From NCBI RefSeq assembly GCF_038025025.1, contig NW_027117338.1:248001-312000 (forward strand): a DNA stretch of 64,000 nucleotides, in the 5' to 3' direction. Positions 32,050 through 41,769 of the stretch are shown one piece after another (position 1 is the first letter of the stretch; each line of letters opens with the position of its first letter). Both the position numbers and the translations under genes were made by a program. This stretch comes from Phyllosticta citribraziliensis. Taxonomy: Eukaryota. A model generated the notes under the pieces. The model saw nothing but the letters and a program-made list of their open reading frames with translations, ran no database searches and was not told the origin of the DNA.

Positions 32050-34074
32050 TTACGGCTGAGACCGAAAAGCACCAGGCCTGGGGTCGAGGTCACCCTTGCT
32101 GTAGACGTCGCGCGGACCAGGCTCAAGGGCATCGATCAAGTCGGAAGGGAGAAGGCTGTGCTTGTCGCGCTCGGCCTCCTCGTCGATCTGGTGCATGGGG
32201 TACAAAATGTCGTACTCGGTCGGAATCTTCCACACCTGGTCGAGCGGCTGCTGATGGACCACGGGCAGGTGGTTCCAGGGGACAGCGCCGTTGGTGGGCT
32301 CGCGGGGCAGAGGCAAGAAGCGCTTGACACCTGTGCGCGCGCGGTCATCGCCCTCCCACTTCATCTCAGACAGCGTCGGCCAAGACGCGACGCGACGGTC
32401 TGGAGTCTTCCAATCCGGGCACCAGATGGTGGGCAAGCCGAAAACGGCACCGTGGCCAGGCTGCCTGTTCTTCATGTCCCAAGTCGGCATGACTGCCGCC
32501 ATCTGGTCTTGCCTCTCGTTCTCGCGCGCAAGAGCCCGCTGCTCCATGTCCGCAATCTTGCGCTTCTCTGCCTGGAGCCTGACGTTGTGCATGGCTGATT
32601 GGTGTCGAAGCCAGGAGCCAAAGTCCTTGATGGGCTCCATGATGTCCTTGTCGTACTTGCGAAAGTTGCGACGAACACCAATCTGAGCAACCTCGTACTG
32701 CTCTTCCTGACGGCATCTGTCCGAGACCCAGACCTTGCTCGAAGTATGACCGCCTCCATACTGAGTGTCATTGCCCTCACTGGAATTGTAGGGAACGACG
32801 GATTGAGCCGGCTCAGGTGTGTATGGTGCTTGAGGCATGCCGTCACCCAAGTCGAAAGCAAGGCGACGCTCAAGAGGCTTCTGGCTGGTCTTGTTGAACT
32901 CGTTGTGGTTGGTAGGCTGGCTATCCTGGACACTTGCGGTGTACGACTCGTCGCGGGCATAGGAGCTGTCGCGGCCACGGCTCATGTCCTGGGGATAAGG
33001 GAAGTCTTGGGCGATTGCAGAAAGCTGGTGCTGAGACTGCTGGGAGTTCTGAAGGTGCTGGGCGTTTTGGAGGCGCTGGGAGTTCTGAAGATGCTGCGAG
33101 TTTTGAAGACGCTGAGAGTCCTGAAAGCGCTGAGAGTCCTGAAGGCGCTGAGAGTCCTGAATGCGCTGAGAGCTCTGCATGTGCTGAACGGTCTGCATGC
33201 TTTGCAAGCGGTGCAGATGCTCCGTACCCTGCGTCGCCGTGGGCTGCGGAGTTGGAGTCTGGTTCCACGCCGTCGGGGAAGAGTACTTGCGGGGCGCAGA
33301 AACGACTTCATCAGCATGCATCTGGGTCAGACGTGCCTTGAGTCCACTGGCAACGGAATCGTAGTCGCGCCGAGGCGTTTGCGGATGCACGATCCTCTGG
33401 GCGTACTGCTGGGCGTACTGAGGATGGTCGGCACTGCCGATGCTCTCAGCGTGCGTCCTGTAGCTGGCGGAATCGTTGAACGGTGGCGAGATCTCGAATG
33501 CATCGAGAGACTTGGCAATGCCCTCAACTTCAGCTTGCATTCCATGATCCAGCGACTTGCCTGCGTCCTGGAGGTATCGCGGAAGGGTGTTCACCGCTGC
33601 CTGGGCAGTCGGGGTGTGATGAGCCTGGCGAGGATTGTAGATGCCCTGGCCATTCTGAATGCCGTGAAATTGATCAGACGGAGGAGAGTACTTGTAGGGC
33701 TGCTGACGTGGACCACCAGTCTGGCCGAAAGTGCTCTGTTCATGCTGTCCGCCGTGAAACTCGGAAGGGGCAGAGTACTTGCGGTACTGCTCCGCGTACG
33801 GATTGAAGGCTCCGGGGCCTCTCTGCAGGCTGCGAATCTGCTCAGAAGGAGTGTGTCTTTGGTTCTCAGACTGGGCGTCGCCGTCGCGGTACGAAGCCGG
33901 CTGAGAGTACTTGGCCTGCTGGGCCTGCTGGAGGGCGCGGATCTCAGGCAGGTATTGATTGAGCCTGACAGCGTCATAGTTGTTCGACATTTCAGTGGGA
34001 GGAGAGGGAGGCATCGCAAAGCCAAGCGGGGTGCCACCTTGAGCAAAGTTGTGGACTGGCTTGGAAAAAGACAT
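32050..34074 (-). CDS. Hypothetical protein, about 674 aa, with a Q/S-rich low-complexity N-terminus and an ordered C-terminal domain
   Basis: Long ORF with first ATG at 34074 (MSFSKP). The C-terminal ASWPTLSEMKWEGDDRARTGVKRFLPLPR resembles a conserved Pezizomycotina domain of unknown function (recollection). Confidence 0.8.
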   Translation of the reverse strand: MSFSKPVHNFAQGGTPLGFAMPPSPPTEMSNNYDAVRLNQYLPEIRALQQAQQAKYSQPASYRDGDAQSENQRHTPSEQIRSLQRGPGAFNPYAEQYRKYSAPSEFHGGQHEQSTFGQTGGPRQQPYKYSPPSDQFHGIQNGQGIYNPRQAHHTPTAQAAVNTLPRYLQDAGKSLDHGMQAEVEGIAKSLDAFEISPPFNDSASYRTHAESIGSADHPQYAQQYAQRIVHPQTPRRDYDSVASGLKARLTQMHADEVVSAPRKYSSPTAWNQTPTPQPTATQGTEHLHRLQSMQTVQHMQSSQRIQDSQRLQDSQRFQDSQRLQNSQHLQNSQRLQNAQHLQNSQQSQHQLSAIAQDFPYPQDMSRGRDSSYARDESYTASVQDSQPTNHNEFNKTSQKPLERRLAFDLGDGMPQAPYTPEPAQSVVPYNSSEGNDTQYGGGHTSSKVWVSDRCRQEEQYEVAQIGVRRNFRKYDKDIMEPIKDFGSWLRHQSAMHNVRLQAEKRKIADMEQRALARENERQDQMAAVMPTWDMKNRQPGHGAVFGLPTIWCPDWKTPDRRVASWPTLSEMKWEGDDRARTGVKRFLPLPREPTNGAVPWNHLPVVHQQPLDQVWKIPTEYDILYPMHQIDEEAERDKHSLLPSDLIDALEPGPRDVYSKGDLDPRPGAFRSQP
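33039..33200 (-). repeat. 18-bp coding tandem repeat, about 9 copies, encoding (Q-D/N-S-Q-R/H-L)n
   Basis: gctgagagtcctgaaggc-type units with period 18. Confidence 0.9.
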
Positions 34075-37000
34075 GTTCGTTTGATGAGGGTAAACTTTGT
34101 TGATAAGGTGAGACCAATGCACCCCGAGCAGGGAAGAGCGAATGTTGATGCTCGTGCCTTGCCAGATGGCGAAGAGATGCGTGGTCAGGTGGTAGAGGTG
34201 ACGTGGAGAGATGTGCGTGGTCAGTTGTGGTGAGCGTGATCTCGAGCTTTGGCTCAAGAAGCCTGCTGTCAAATGGCCCAAAAGTCAGTTTGATTTCCAC
34301 TTGGTCTTCAGTAGGCATGATCTGAGCCTGGCACCCAGCTTTGCTTCGGTTTGGGCCACTTACCTTCGATGTGGTTGGTGAATCAAGGCGACTGGATGCA
34401 AAAGAACCAAGCCGTGGTGGGTAAATCAAGTTGGATGGGAGGAGGAAGGAGTCTCAATGGTCAAGACTGCAGCAGTCGTATCTTGACAAGCAACCAATTC
34501 GTAGGGTTGCCCGCAATTTGAGCTTCGAGATGGTCAGCTCGCACTTCAAGTTTGCTCTTGCAGTGTACCTGCCTCAGTAATGCTGTGCCAGTGGATAGAG
34601 AGCCTTCCTTCGAGGGTGGTTGTGGGTTGAAGAAACAAGGCCTGAAGCTGGTTGGGATAGAAGCAATTATAACAGGTGCGAACAAAATTCCCTGGTAGAG
34701 CAGGTGGTGTCAGCCACGGCTTTGCGAAGTGCGGCAAAGCGCGATGATGCGAATTTCGCTTTTGCGGCTGGAGGAGGTGCAACTTACAACTACCACGCTG
34801 GTGCGTGAATACAACTCCAAAAGTCTTCCTGTCCAGCTCGTCAGCAACAAACCCTCTCGCACCTTGACACGACTCTGGCGCAGCGGTGAAGTCTGCCAGG
34901 GAAGAGATACTGAAGCGCAGCACGGTGTTGAGGTCACAGTAACGCGATGCCGTCAAGCCTCAGGAGTGAGCCGGCATGCAGAGACGACGCGCCAATAGCT
35001 TGCGGCAGGGCTTGGTGACCTCCTCGTGACACTCAGCGACAGCATCAAATGGGCTGCGCAACCCGGCAACTGCGGTGGTGAATGGGGGAGATTGGGAGAC
35101 TTGCAAGCACATGGCTGAATTGCAATCTGAAGAGGCACAGAGGAAGACACAGGGGCACGACTTACCACGCCGTTACAGAGGACCAAAGGTGGGAAAAGTA
35201 TTTTGAGGATGAAGGTCAAAGTCGATCAAGCAGACCAATATGTTGTTTACGCACAGTCCTCCCCTTGCGATGCAGGCGGTCGGATAACGGAAAAACTGGC
35301 CCGGAGGAAAATGCACGTGGATGGTGTTAAAAAAGGAGCAAATGTGGTAAATGTGACAATAGGTGCGCGAGACAAACAAGACAAGGTCATGACGACTGGA
35401 AAGATGGAAAAGGCATCTGGATGCTTGAGCAGATTCTTGCGCGATGGTAGTTCAGAGATGCCGTCCATTGGGAGGCTTCATCGTCTACCTTCTATAGCAG
35501 TGGTTGTGGTTCGCTGCAATGGAGACTTGACTTCCAACTACTTCAGCAGCCAAGTCGAGACTGCACCTTGGCAAAGGCATCGACTCGAGGTTTCAGGTGG
35601 GAGATAATCCACGGGTGTCTGGACCTTTCTCGAAAAGAAGAATGACGGAGAAGGAAACACAATCTTTTGTTGCTCCCGTGTGCTCGGTCCTTGTAGACAA
35701 AAAGTGACTTTTGTCGCGTAAGCATACTCGAAGGCGTGGTTACGAGGCATGGGACCGACGCCAGAAAAAGTCCATTCACCAGGAACGGCCCTCTCTTGGA
35801 CGAGGGCGTCTCTACAAATGGCCTTGGCTGAGCGAAGGACTCTCATGAGCAGCCGTGGCGGAAATACGGGTTGAAGGCTGCTGAAAGTCGGCGGAGCTCT
35901 TGTCGAAGAGGGCGACTGGAGCAGGGCGAGGCAGACAGCGGGCGACCTCGACTCGCGGAGCGACCGAGTGCCAAGTGGGTTTGAGTCGAAATGTCTCGTC
36001 TCATGACATGGGAAAGTTGGATGGGCCTTGAATCATTCATGGCCGCGTGAGTAGAAAAGGCTCGAAGGTCGATGATGAGCAGAGAGCGGGCGAGAGCTCG
36101 AGCAGGACAAAGAAGCAAGACATGTCTCTGGAAAAGGCGTCAGTCGACACGCCAGCACGATGGCCAGAGAGGACTGGTGGTGATGTTGCCCGTACGATGG
36201 AGTGCATGGTACAGGTAGCTGACGCGGCTGAGATGGAGGCTAGGTATGGGGAGAGATGCATGAGAGCGAGGGAGCGAGGTTGGGTTGGGTTGGGGTGCGG
36301 TCGAGGTGCAGCAACAGGATCTGCGGGCGGGCAGAAGTCACGGCCAATCAGCGACGTCGTTGCACAGAAGAGAAGGTCAGGGCAGCAGAGGGGAGCAAGC
36401 GCTGGGTCACTTGACGGAGAAGAGGAAAAAGAAAAGGCCTGGCTCCCTTGCTTCGCATACCGACACCTCCATCGACGACCAGCACCAACACCAGACATGG
36501 CATCGTGATTGTTGTAGCTACCTAGTGCTAGCAGAGGGTCAAGAGACGGCATCCCGGTCGCACTCCACTGGCGGCATGACGTTGGATTGGCGCCAAAACA
36601 GGGAAGCTCCACTCTCACCGCCGACATACAGTACGCCTTTAAAGGCCCTCGACGCCCACTTTTTGGCCTCCATCGCGGGCGGCTCTTCCAACGTGGAGCC
36701 CCCGCGCCCTCCCGTCAACACCAGGCCGACAATCAACAAAGGAACAGAAGCCGTCATGGCCGCCACGCAGCACCGCGACCCCGCCACTTGTGGTAGAGTG
36801 GTCCACCCGCTGTCGTGCTCCCACGACGCTTCACTTCCGCCCCATCACGCCTGGTCTGGAGCCCACCAGCAAGCAGACGACGACGACGACGACGACGACC
36901 TCAGCGCTTAGCAAATTAACCCTGTACACTCGCACTGGCGCTGTCTGCTTGCTGCACTGCTCCCTCTGGCCGACGCCAGACCGGCCGCTCCGCAGAGAAA

Positions 37001-37138
37001 TGGTTGGCTGTCGAGCCCCGTTCCGACCTCCGAGGGCGGCTATTTTGATGCCAGCGCTACCAAACATCCTCGACTCCCCAGAATAGAGACATGAATGACT
37101 GGCTGGTCTCTGAACCGACATGCCCGCGCGGACCCCCT

Positions 37139-37145
37139 TGTTTCA
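37139..37145 (-). promoter_or_regulatory. Putative Ste12 pheromone-response element (TGAAACA) upstream of PRM1
   Basis: TGTTTCA on the plus strand, about 400 bp upstream of the PRM1 ATG. Confidence 0.4.
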
Positions 37146-37542
37146 ACTCTTTCCAGCAAGCCACTGCTCCAAGGCTCCGCCATGCACCTCCACACGGTAC
37201 GTCCTTTAAACCGCTTCCTTCTTTCTCTTCACTCGCCGCTTATTCACCACTTCTTTCACTTCTTTATTCACTTTCGAGTCATGTGCTGCGCATCTTTCAC
37301 TCGCCATTGTCTTTTGTAATTAGAATAGATCCTCGCGCTTCCTTTGTCCTCGACTATTAGATTCTTGATTCACCTTCACCTTCACCTCGCCCGCTCCTCG
37401 ACTACCTCCACCTCTCAACCACTACCTTCTTTTCATCATCAACAACAACTACCACCACTCTCATTCAATTTGGCCACTGGTTGGCAAGTCTCCTATCCTA
37501 ATACACCGCTTCAGGCAAGCGTCTTCAATTCCCACCTTCATC

Positions 37543-39879
37543 ATGTCTTCCGCAACGAACCAGCACCCCACCCTTCCGGGCGTACCTCCATCTCTCTCCG
37601 CTGGCGACCATGAGATGCGGGACTACTACGCTGCGCAGGATGTACCGAGACCTTTGCCGAACCAGGCACCATACCTTACACCGTACCTCGGCCTTCGAGC
37701 CAGGCTTTCGCAGGTCTGGATTAACCGCTGGACCGTCCTTCTCTTTCTCATTCTCGTCCGCGTTCTCATCGCCACCAAGGATCTCAACAGCAACCTCGAC
37801 TCGGCCAGGCGCGAGGCCCTTTCAGCATGCACGAGCGTCGAGACCGCCGGCAGCGTCATGGCTTCCATGCCCCACTACATGGCGCAGGGAGTCAACGAAC
37901 TCACAGCTACCGGCATCGACAAGACCGTCGAAGGCCTCATGTCCATGCTCGACCTGACCGTCACGGCCGTGGAAGAAATCTTCGTTTTTTACATCAACTT
38001 GTTGACGTCCACCTACCTCTGCCTCATCACCTTTGCTGTCCGCAGCGGTTTGGACGTTGCCATTCAAGTCACCGAGGATGTTTCCGACGCGCTCAACAAG
38101 ACTCTGGACGCGATTGGAGACGACATCTCCAACGTCGCCGGCGACTTTCAAGACGAGGTCAACAAGCTCATCGACGGCATCAACAGCATTCCTGAAATCT
38201 TCGGCGGCAGCGGCATGTCCAAGCTCAACCTGACCAAGCAGATCGACGAGCTCAAGAACCTCCAGCTTCCTTCTGGCTTGGACGAGGGTTTGGACAAGCT
38301 CAATGCCTCGATGCCGACCTTCAGCGAAGTCAAAAACATCACCAACACTGCTCTGCGCTGGCCTTTTGAGCAAGTCAAGGATCTCATCAACAACCACACG
38401 GACACCTTCCAGGTGGACCGTTCCATGTTCCCCGTCCCTGCCAAGGAGCAACTCAGCTTTTGCTCCGACAACAATGGCATCAACGACTTTTTCGACGGGC
38501 TTGTTGATATCGAGATTACGGCCAGAAAGGTTTTCATTGCCGTCATTGTCGTCGCTGCAATTCTCGTCTGCGTCCCCATGGCGTGGCGAGAGATTCAGCG
38601 CTGGAGAAAGATGCAGCAGCGTGCCATGCTCATTAGCCAAAACCCCAACGACCCCATGGACGCCGTCTACATTGTCTCCCGGCCTTACACCTCGGACTTT
38701 GGCATCATGCTCGCCAACCGCTTCAGCTCAACCCGCCGTCAGACGGCTGTGCGCTGGGCCGTGGCGTACGCCACGTCCATGCCTGCTCTCTTTGTTCTTT
38801 GCCTGGGGCTTGCAGGTCTCTTTGCCTGTCTCTGCCAATACATCCTGCTCAAGACTATTGAGAAGGAGGTCCCGGCTCTGACGCAGCAGGTTGGCGAGTT
38901 TGCTGACAAGGTCGTCTTTGCGCTCAACAATGCCTCGTCCTCGTGGGCCAACGGTACCAACAAGGCCATCATCTCGGTCAATGACAATCTCAACGACGAC
39001 CTCTTTGGCTGGGTCAACACCAGCACAAAGGCCGTCAACGACACGCTCAACGTCTTTGTTGACGAGATGAGCGATGCCTTGAACTCGACTTTTGGCGGTA
39101 CCATTCTGCACGACCCCATCAAAGAAGTTTTGAACTGCCTGATTGGTATCAAGATTGAGGGCATTCAAAAGGGTCTTACCTGGGTCCACAACCACGCGCA
39201 CGTCGACTTTCCCACGCTGCCCAACGACACATTTTCTCTTGGAGCGGCAGCGGCATTGGGCAACGGTTCGGACACTGACTCGTTCCTTGCTTCCCCTGGC
39301 AGCGAGACTGCCGACCAAGTCTCTGGCACCGTCGAAAAGCTCGTGGCCAAGATTGCGGACGGCATCCAAACCGAGGCTCTCATCTCCACCGGCATCGTCC
39401 TCGTCTGGGTCATCATCGCCCTCGTCGGCACCATTCGTGCCTGCAGCGTCTTCGCCGGCCGCGGCAAGACGCGCGCAGAGGGTGGTCAAGCTTACATTGT
39501 CGATCCCCAGACCGACTACTTCCGCGGACACGACACTCCAGCCATGACAACGACTAGCAGGGCTCCGGCGCCGCCGCGTCCTGTCAGTCCCGAGGTCGCG
39601 CCCCCAGTCTACGAATACCACAACGCCAAGGTGGAGCCCTACGTGCTACAGCCGCGACCATTTCCCGCGTTCGGCACGCAGCATGACAACCGGTCAGTTT
39701 CGGACGTCAACCACGGCGAGAAGATGGGCAACGTCGGCGCCTCACGAGCCGTCAATTTGAGCGTGAGCCCGCCCTACAACCACGGCCGCAATAGCAGTCA
39801 CGGTTCTGTTGGAGAGACGACACCCGAGTACGAGAAGAGCTACGGATACGGCAACAGCAGCAAAAATCCATTCATCTGA
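37543..39879 (+). CDS. PRM1: Plasma-membrane fusion protein Prm1, 778 aa, apparently intronless
   Basis: TPYLGLRARLSQVWINRWTVLL, AREALSACTSVE..GSVMASMPHYM, STYLCL, VLNCLIGIKIEGIQKGLTWVH; multiple TM segments and N-glycosylation sites. Confidence 0.95.
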   Translation: MSSATNQHPTLPGVPPSLSAGDHEMRDYYAAQDVPRPLPNQAPYLTPYLGLRARLSQVWINRWTVLLFLILVRVLIATKDLNSNLDSARREALSACTSVETAGSVMASMPHYMAQGVNELTATGIDKTVEGLMSMLDLTVTAVEEIFVFYINLLTSTYLCLITFAVRSGLDVAIQVTEDVSDALNKTLDAIGDDISNVAGDFQDEVNKLIDGINSIPEIFGGSGMSKLNLTKQIDELKNLQLPSGLDEGLDKLNASMPTFSEVKNITNTALRWPFEQVKDLINNHTDTFQVDRSMFPVPAKEQLSFCSDNNGINDFFDGLVDIEITARKVFIAVIVVAAILVCVPMAWREIQRWRKMQQRAMLISQNPNDPMDAVYIVSRPYTSDFGIMLANRFSSTRRQTAVRWAVAYATSMPALFVLCLGLAGLFACLCQYILLKTIEKEVPALTQQVGEFADKVVFALNNASSSWANGTNKAIISVNDNLNDDLFGWVNTSTKAVNDTLNVFVDEMSDALNSTFGGTILHDPIKEVLNCLIGIKIEGIQKGLTWVHNHAHVDFPTLPNDTFSLGAAAALGNGSDTDSFLASPGSETADQVSGTVEKLVAKIADGIQTEALISTGIVLVWVIIALVGTIRACSVFAGRGKTRAEGGQAYIVDPQTDYFRGHDTPAMTTTSRAPAPPRPVSPEVAPPVYEYHNAKVEPYVLQPRPFPAFGTQHDNRSVSDVNHGEKMGNVGASRAVNLSVSPPYNHGRNSSHGSVGETTPEYEKSYGYGNSSKNPFI

Positions 39880-41769
39880 GCGGTGAGGGTTTATCCAGCG
39901 AGTGCGCCGCGCGGGTTTCACTGCGATCCGTAAATGCTCAGGACTCGAGGTGCGGCCTCTGAGGTCATTCCTTTGGAACCACTGGTTTGAGGCTTTTGTC
40001 TCGCCACTGGAAACTGGTGTTTATTCTCTTTTGCTCTGCTTTTCTGACATTTGGCATGGCATCGCGTTTGGTGGGCAGGGATTCGGCGCCTGGTTTGTCT
40101 TTTCGCATCGATATCCCAATCAAATTCACATTCTTGTCAAACCTCTCGTCTACTCCACGTCGTCATGCCAAGATGAGGAAGCACTGCATGTTAGTTCTCC
40201 TGGTTCGGTATTTGCGTCATTGTTGTATGCTCCTGTTTTTCCTATTTCTTTTCCTTTTAGCAGCGGTGTTGAGCTATCTCCACTTCTCCCCGTCCCCCTC
40301 TGCTGCCCTCGCATGAACGAGAGGCAGGATACAGAGGCTTGACGGCGGACAAGCAGTTGGCCCCGGGACTTTCGCCCTCTCCCTCCCGCCCCTCTCCATG
40401 CGCCGCCCTTGGGCGTGGCCGCCTCCCACCGCCGATCCCTCGCCTCTGGCCTCCCCGCCAATGCCGTCGGCGCACTGCGCCGCCGTTGGCCGCGAGCAGA
40501 GGGACGGACTCGGGGGTGTGCGTGCAGGCCGCCACGACAAGGCCCGCGGATGTGACGGACCGGACAAAGAGGGTATGGTCGTTCACTCGCCCGGTTGTTT
40601 GGAACATCGTCGGCGCACGAGCCCGCCTGCGCTGCATCTTTTAGACCCAGGCTTGTAAGTGGCAAACGTGCACATGCGGACGGTTGGGCCCGGCTGGGAT
40701 GACTGGTAACGAGCGTCTTGTGCCTTGCCTCCAGGCCCTTTGCCAATTTTTTAATATTGGCAGTTGCGTTGCCTGTGAGCTGAAGGCGAGCGAGATGCGC
40801 TGCTGTCACGCCTGAAGTGGGTGGAGGGAGCTGGTTTCTGCGCTATGCGACGGTGCGGCTCTTGTTGATATTATCCGGGAGGATTCAGGGAGGTCGAGGA
40901 TGGCTTTGGGGGGTTCGCTCGCTGCCGGCAGTCTTGGCTGGACTATGGCGACGAGCGGCCTCGTCGAGATGGAGCGGACTCGATGGACTGCCTTTTCTTG
41001 CTCTTTTATTGGCTTCGCGGTAGTAAAGGAAAATGGCGTGGAGCGGGCCGGCTGCGGTCTGCATTGGGGAAGATCAGATAGTATAAAGAAATGGCTTCCT
41101 CATGACTGAAACCGCATGGTGCCAAGGGGTTTAGGTGCAGCAAGTACTGCCAGGTACCGGACATGTGCCAGAGCGATAGACGACTTGGTGATCAACTGAG
41201 TGAGACATGCACAGGTGAAGTCGGACGGGCTGGGCTGACGTTGCGCCACACCCGCCGTCGAGTGGGCCAATCGGAGCCGTCGCAGTGGACATGCTGAAAG
41301 GCTACGCGTTGCGCTGCGCTGCGCTGGACTGGACTGGACCCTCTCACCAACCCAACCCACCCAAGCACCAAGGACCAAGGCCCGACGACGACACCTCAGC
41401 CACCTAATCTGCCCCCCAACATCCGTCGCCGCACCCTATAACTGCCCGAGCCCGTGCTCCCTCCTGTGGCTCTCTCCCACGTTTGGGGTCCACTTCGTCT
41501 CGCTCCCATAAACAACCGCGACTCTGGACCGCCAACGCCCCATCCGCTTGCCGTCCTTTTCCTCCGCGCCGCCTCCTCCCACCGACGACTTTGCCCTCCC
41601 ATCTCCCTGGCACCACAACGCCCTCGAGCTCCAGGACCTCGTTCCCGCCGCCGGGCACAACGCCGCCGCCAAACCCGCCCACCGCAAACCCTCTGCAGAC
41701 GCCCGCCGCCTCTCCCGACGCGAGCGCAAGCGGCGCGACAAGCTCGAGCGCCTGCTCGAAGACGCCGAG

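Noticed and set aside
32599..34233. 544-aa plus-strand L/V/R-rich ORF
   Set aside because: Antisense shadow of the Q-rich gene; its VLKALR repeats mirror the 18-bp repeat.
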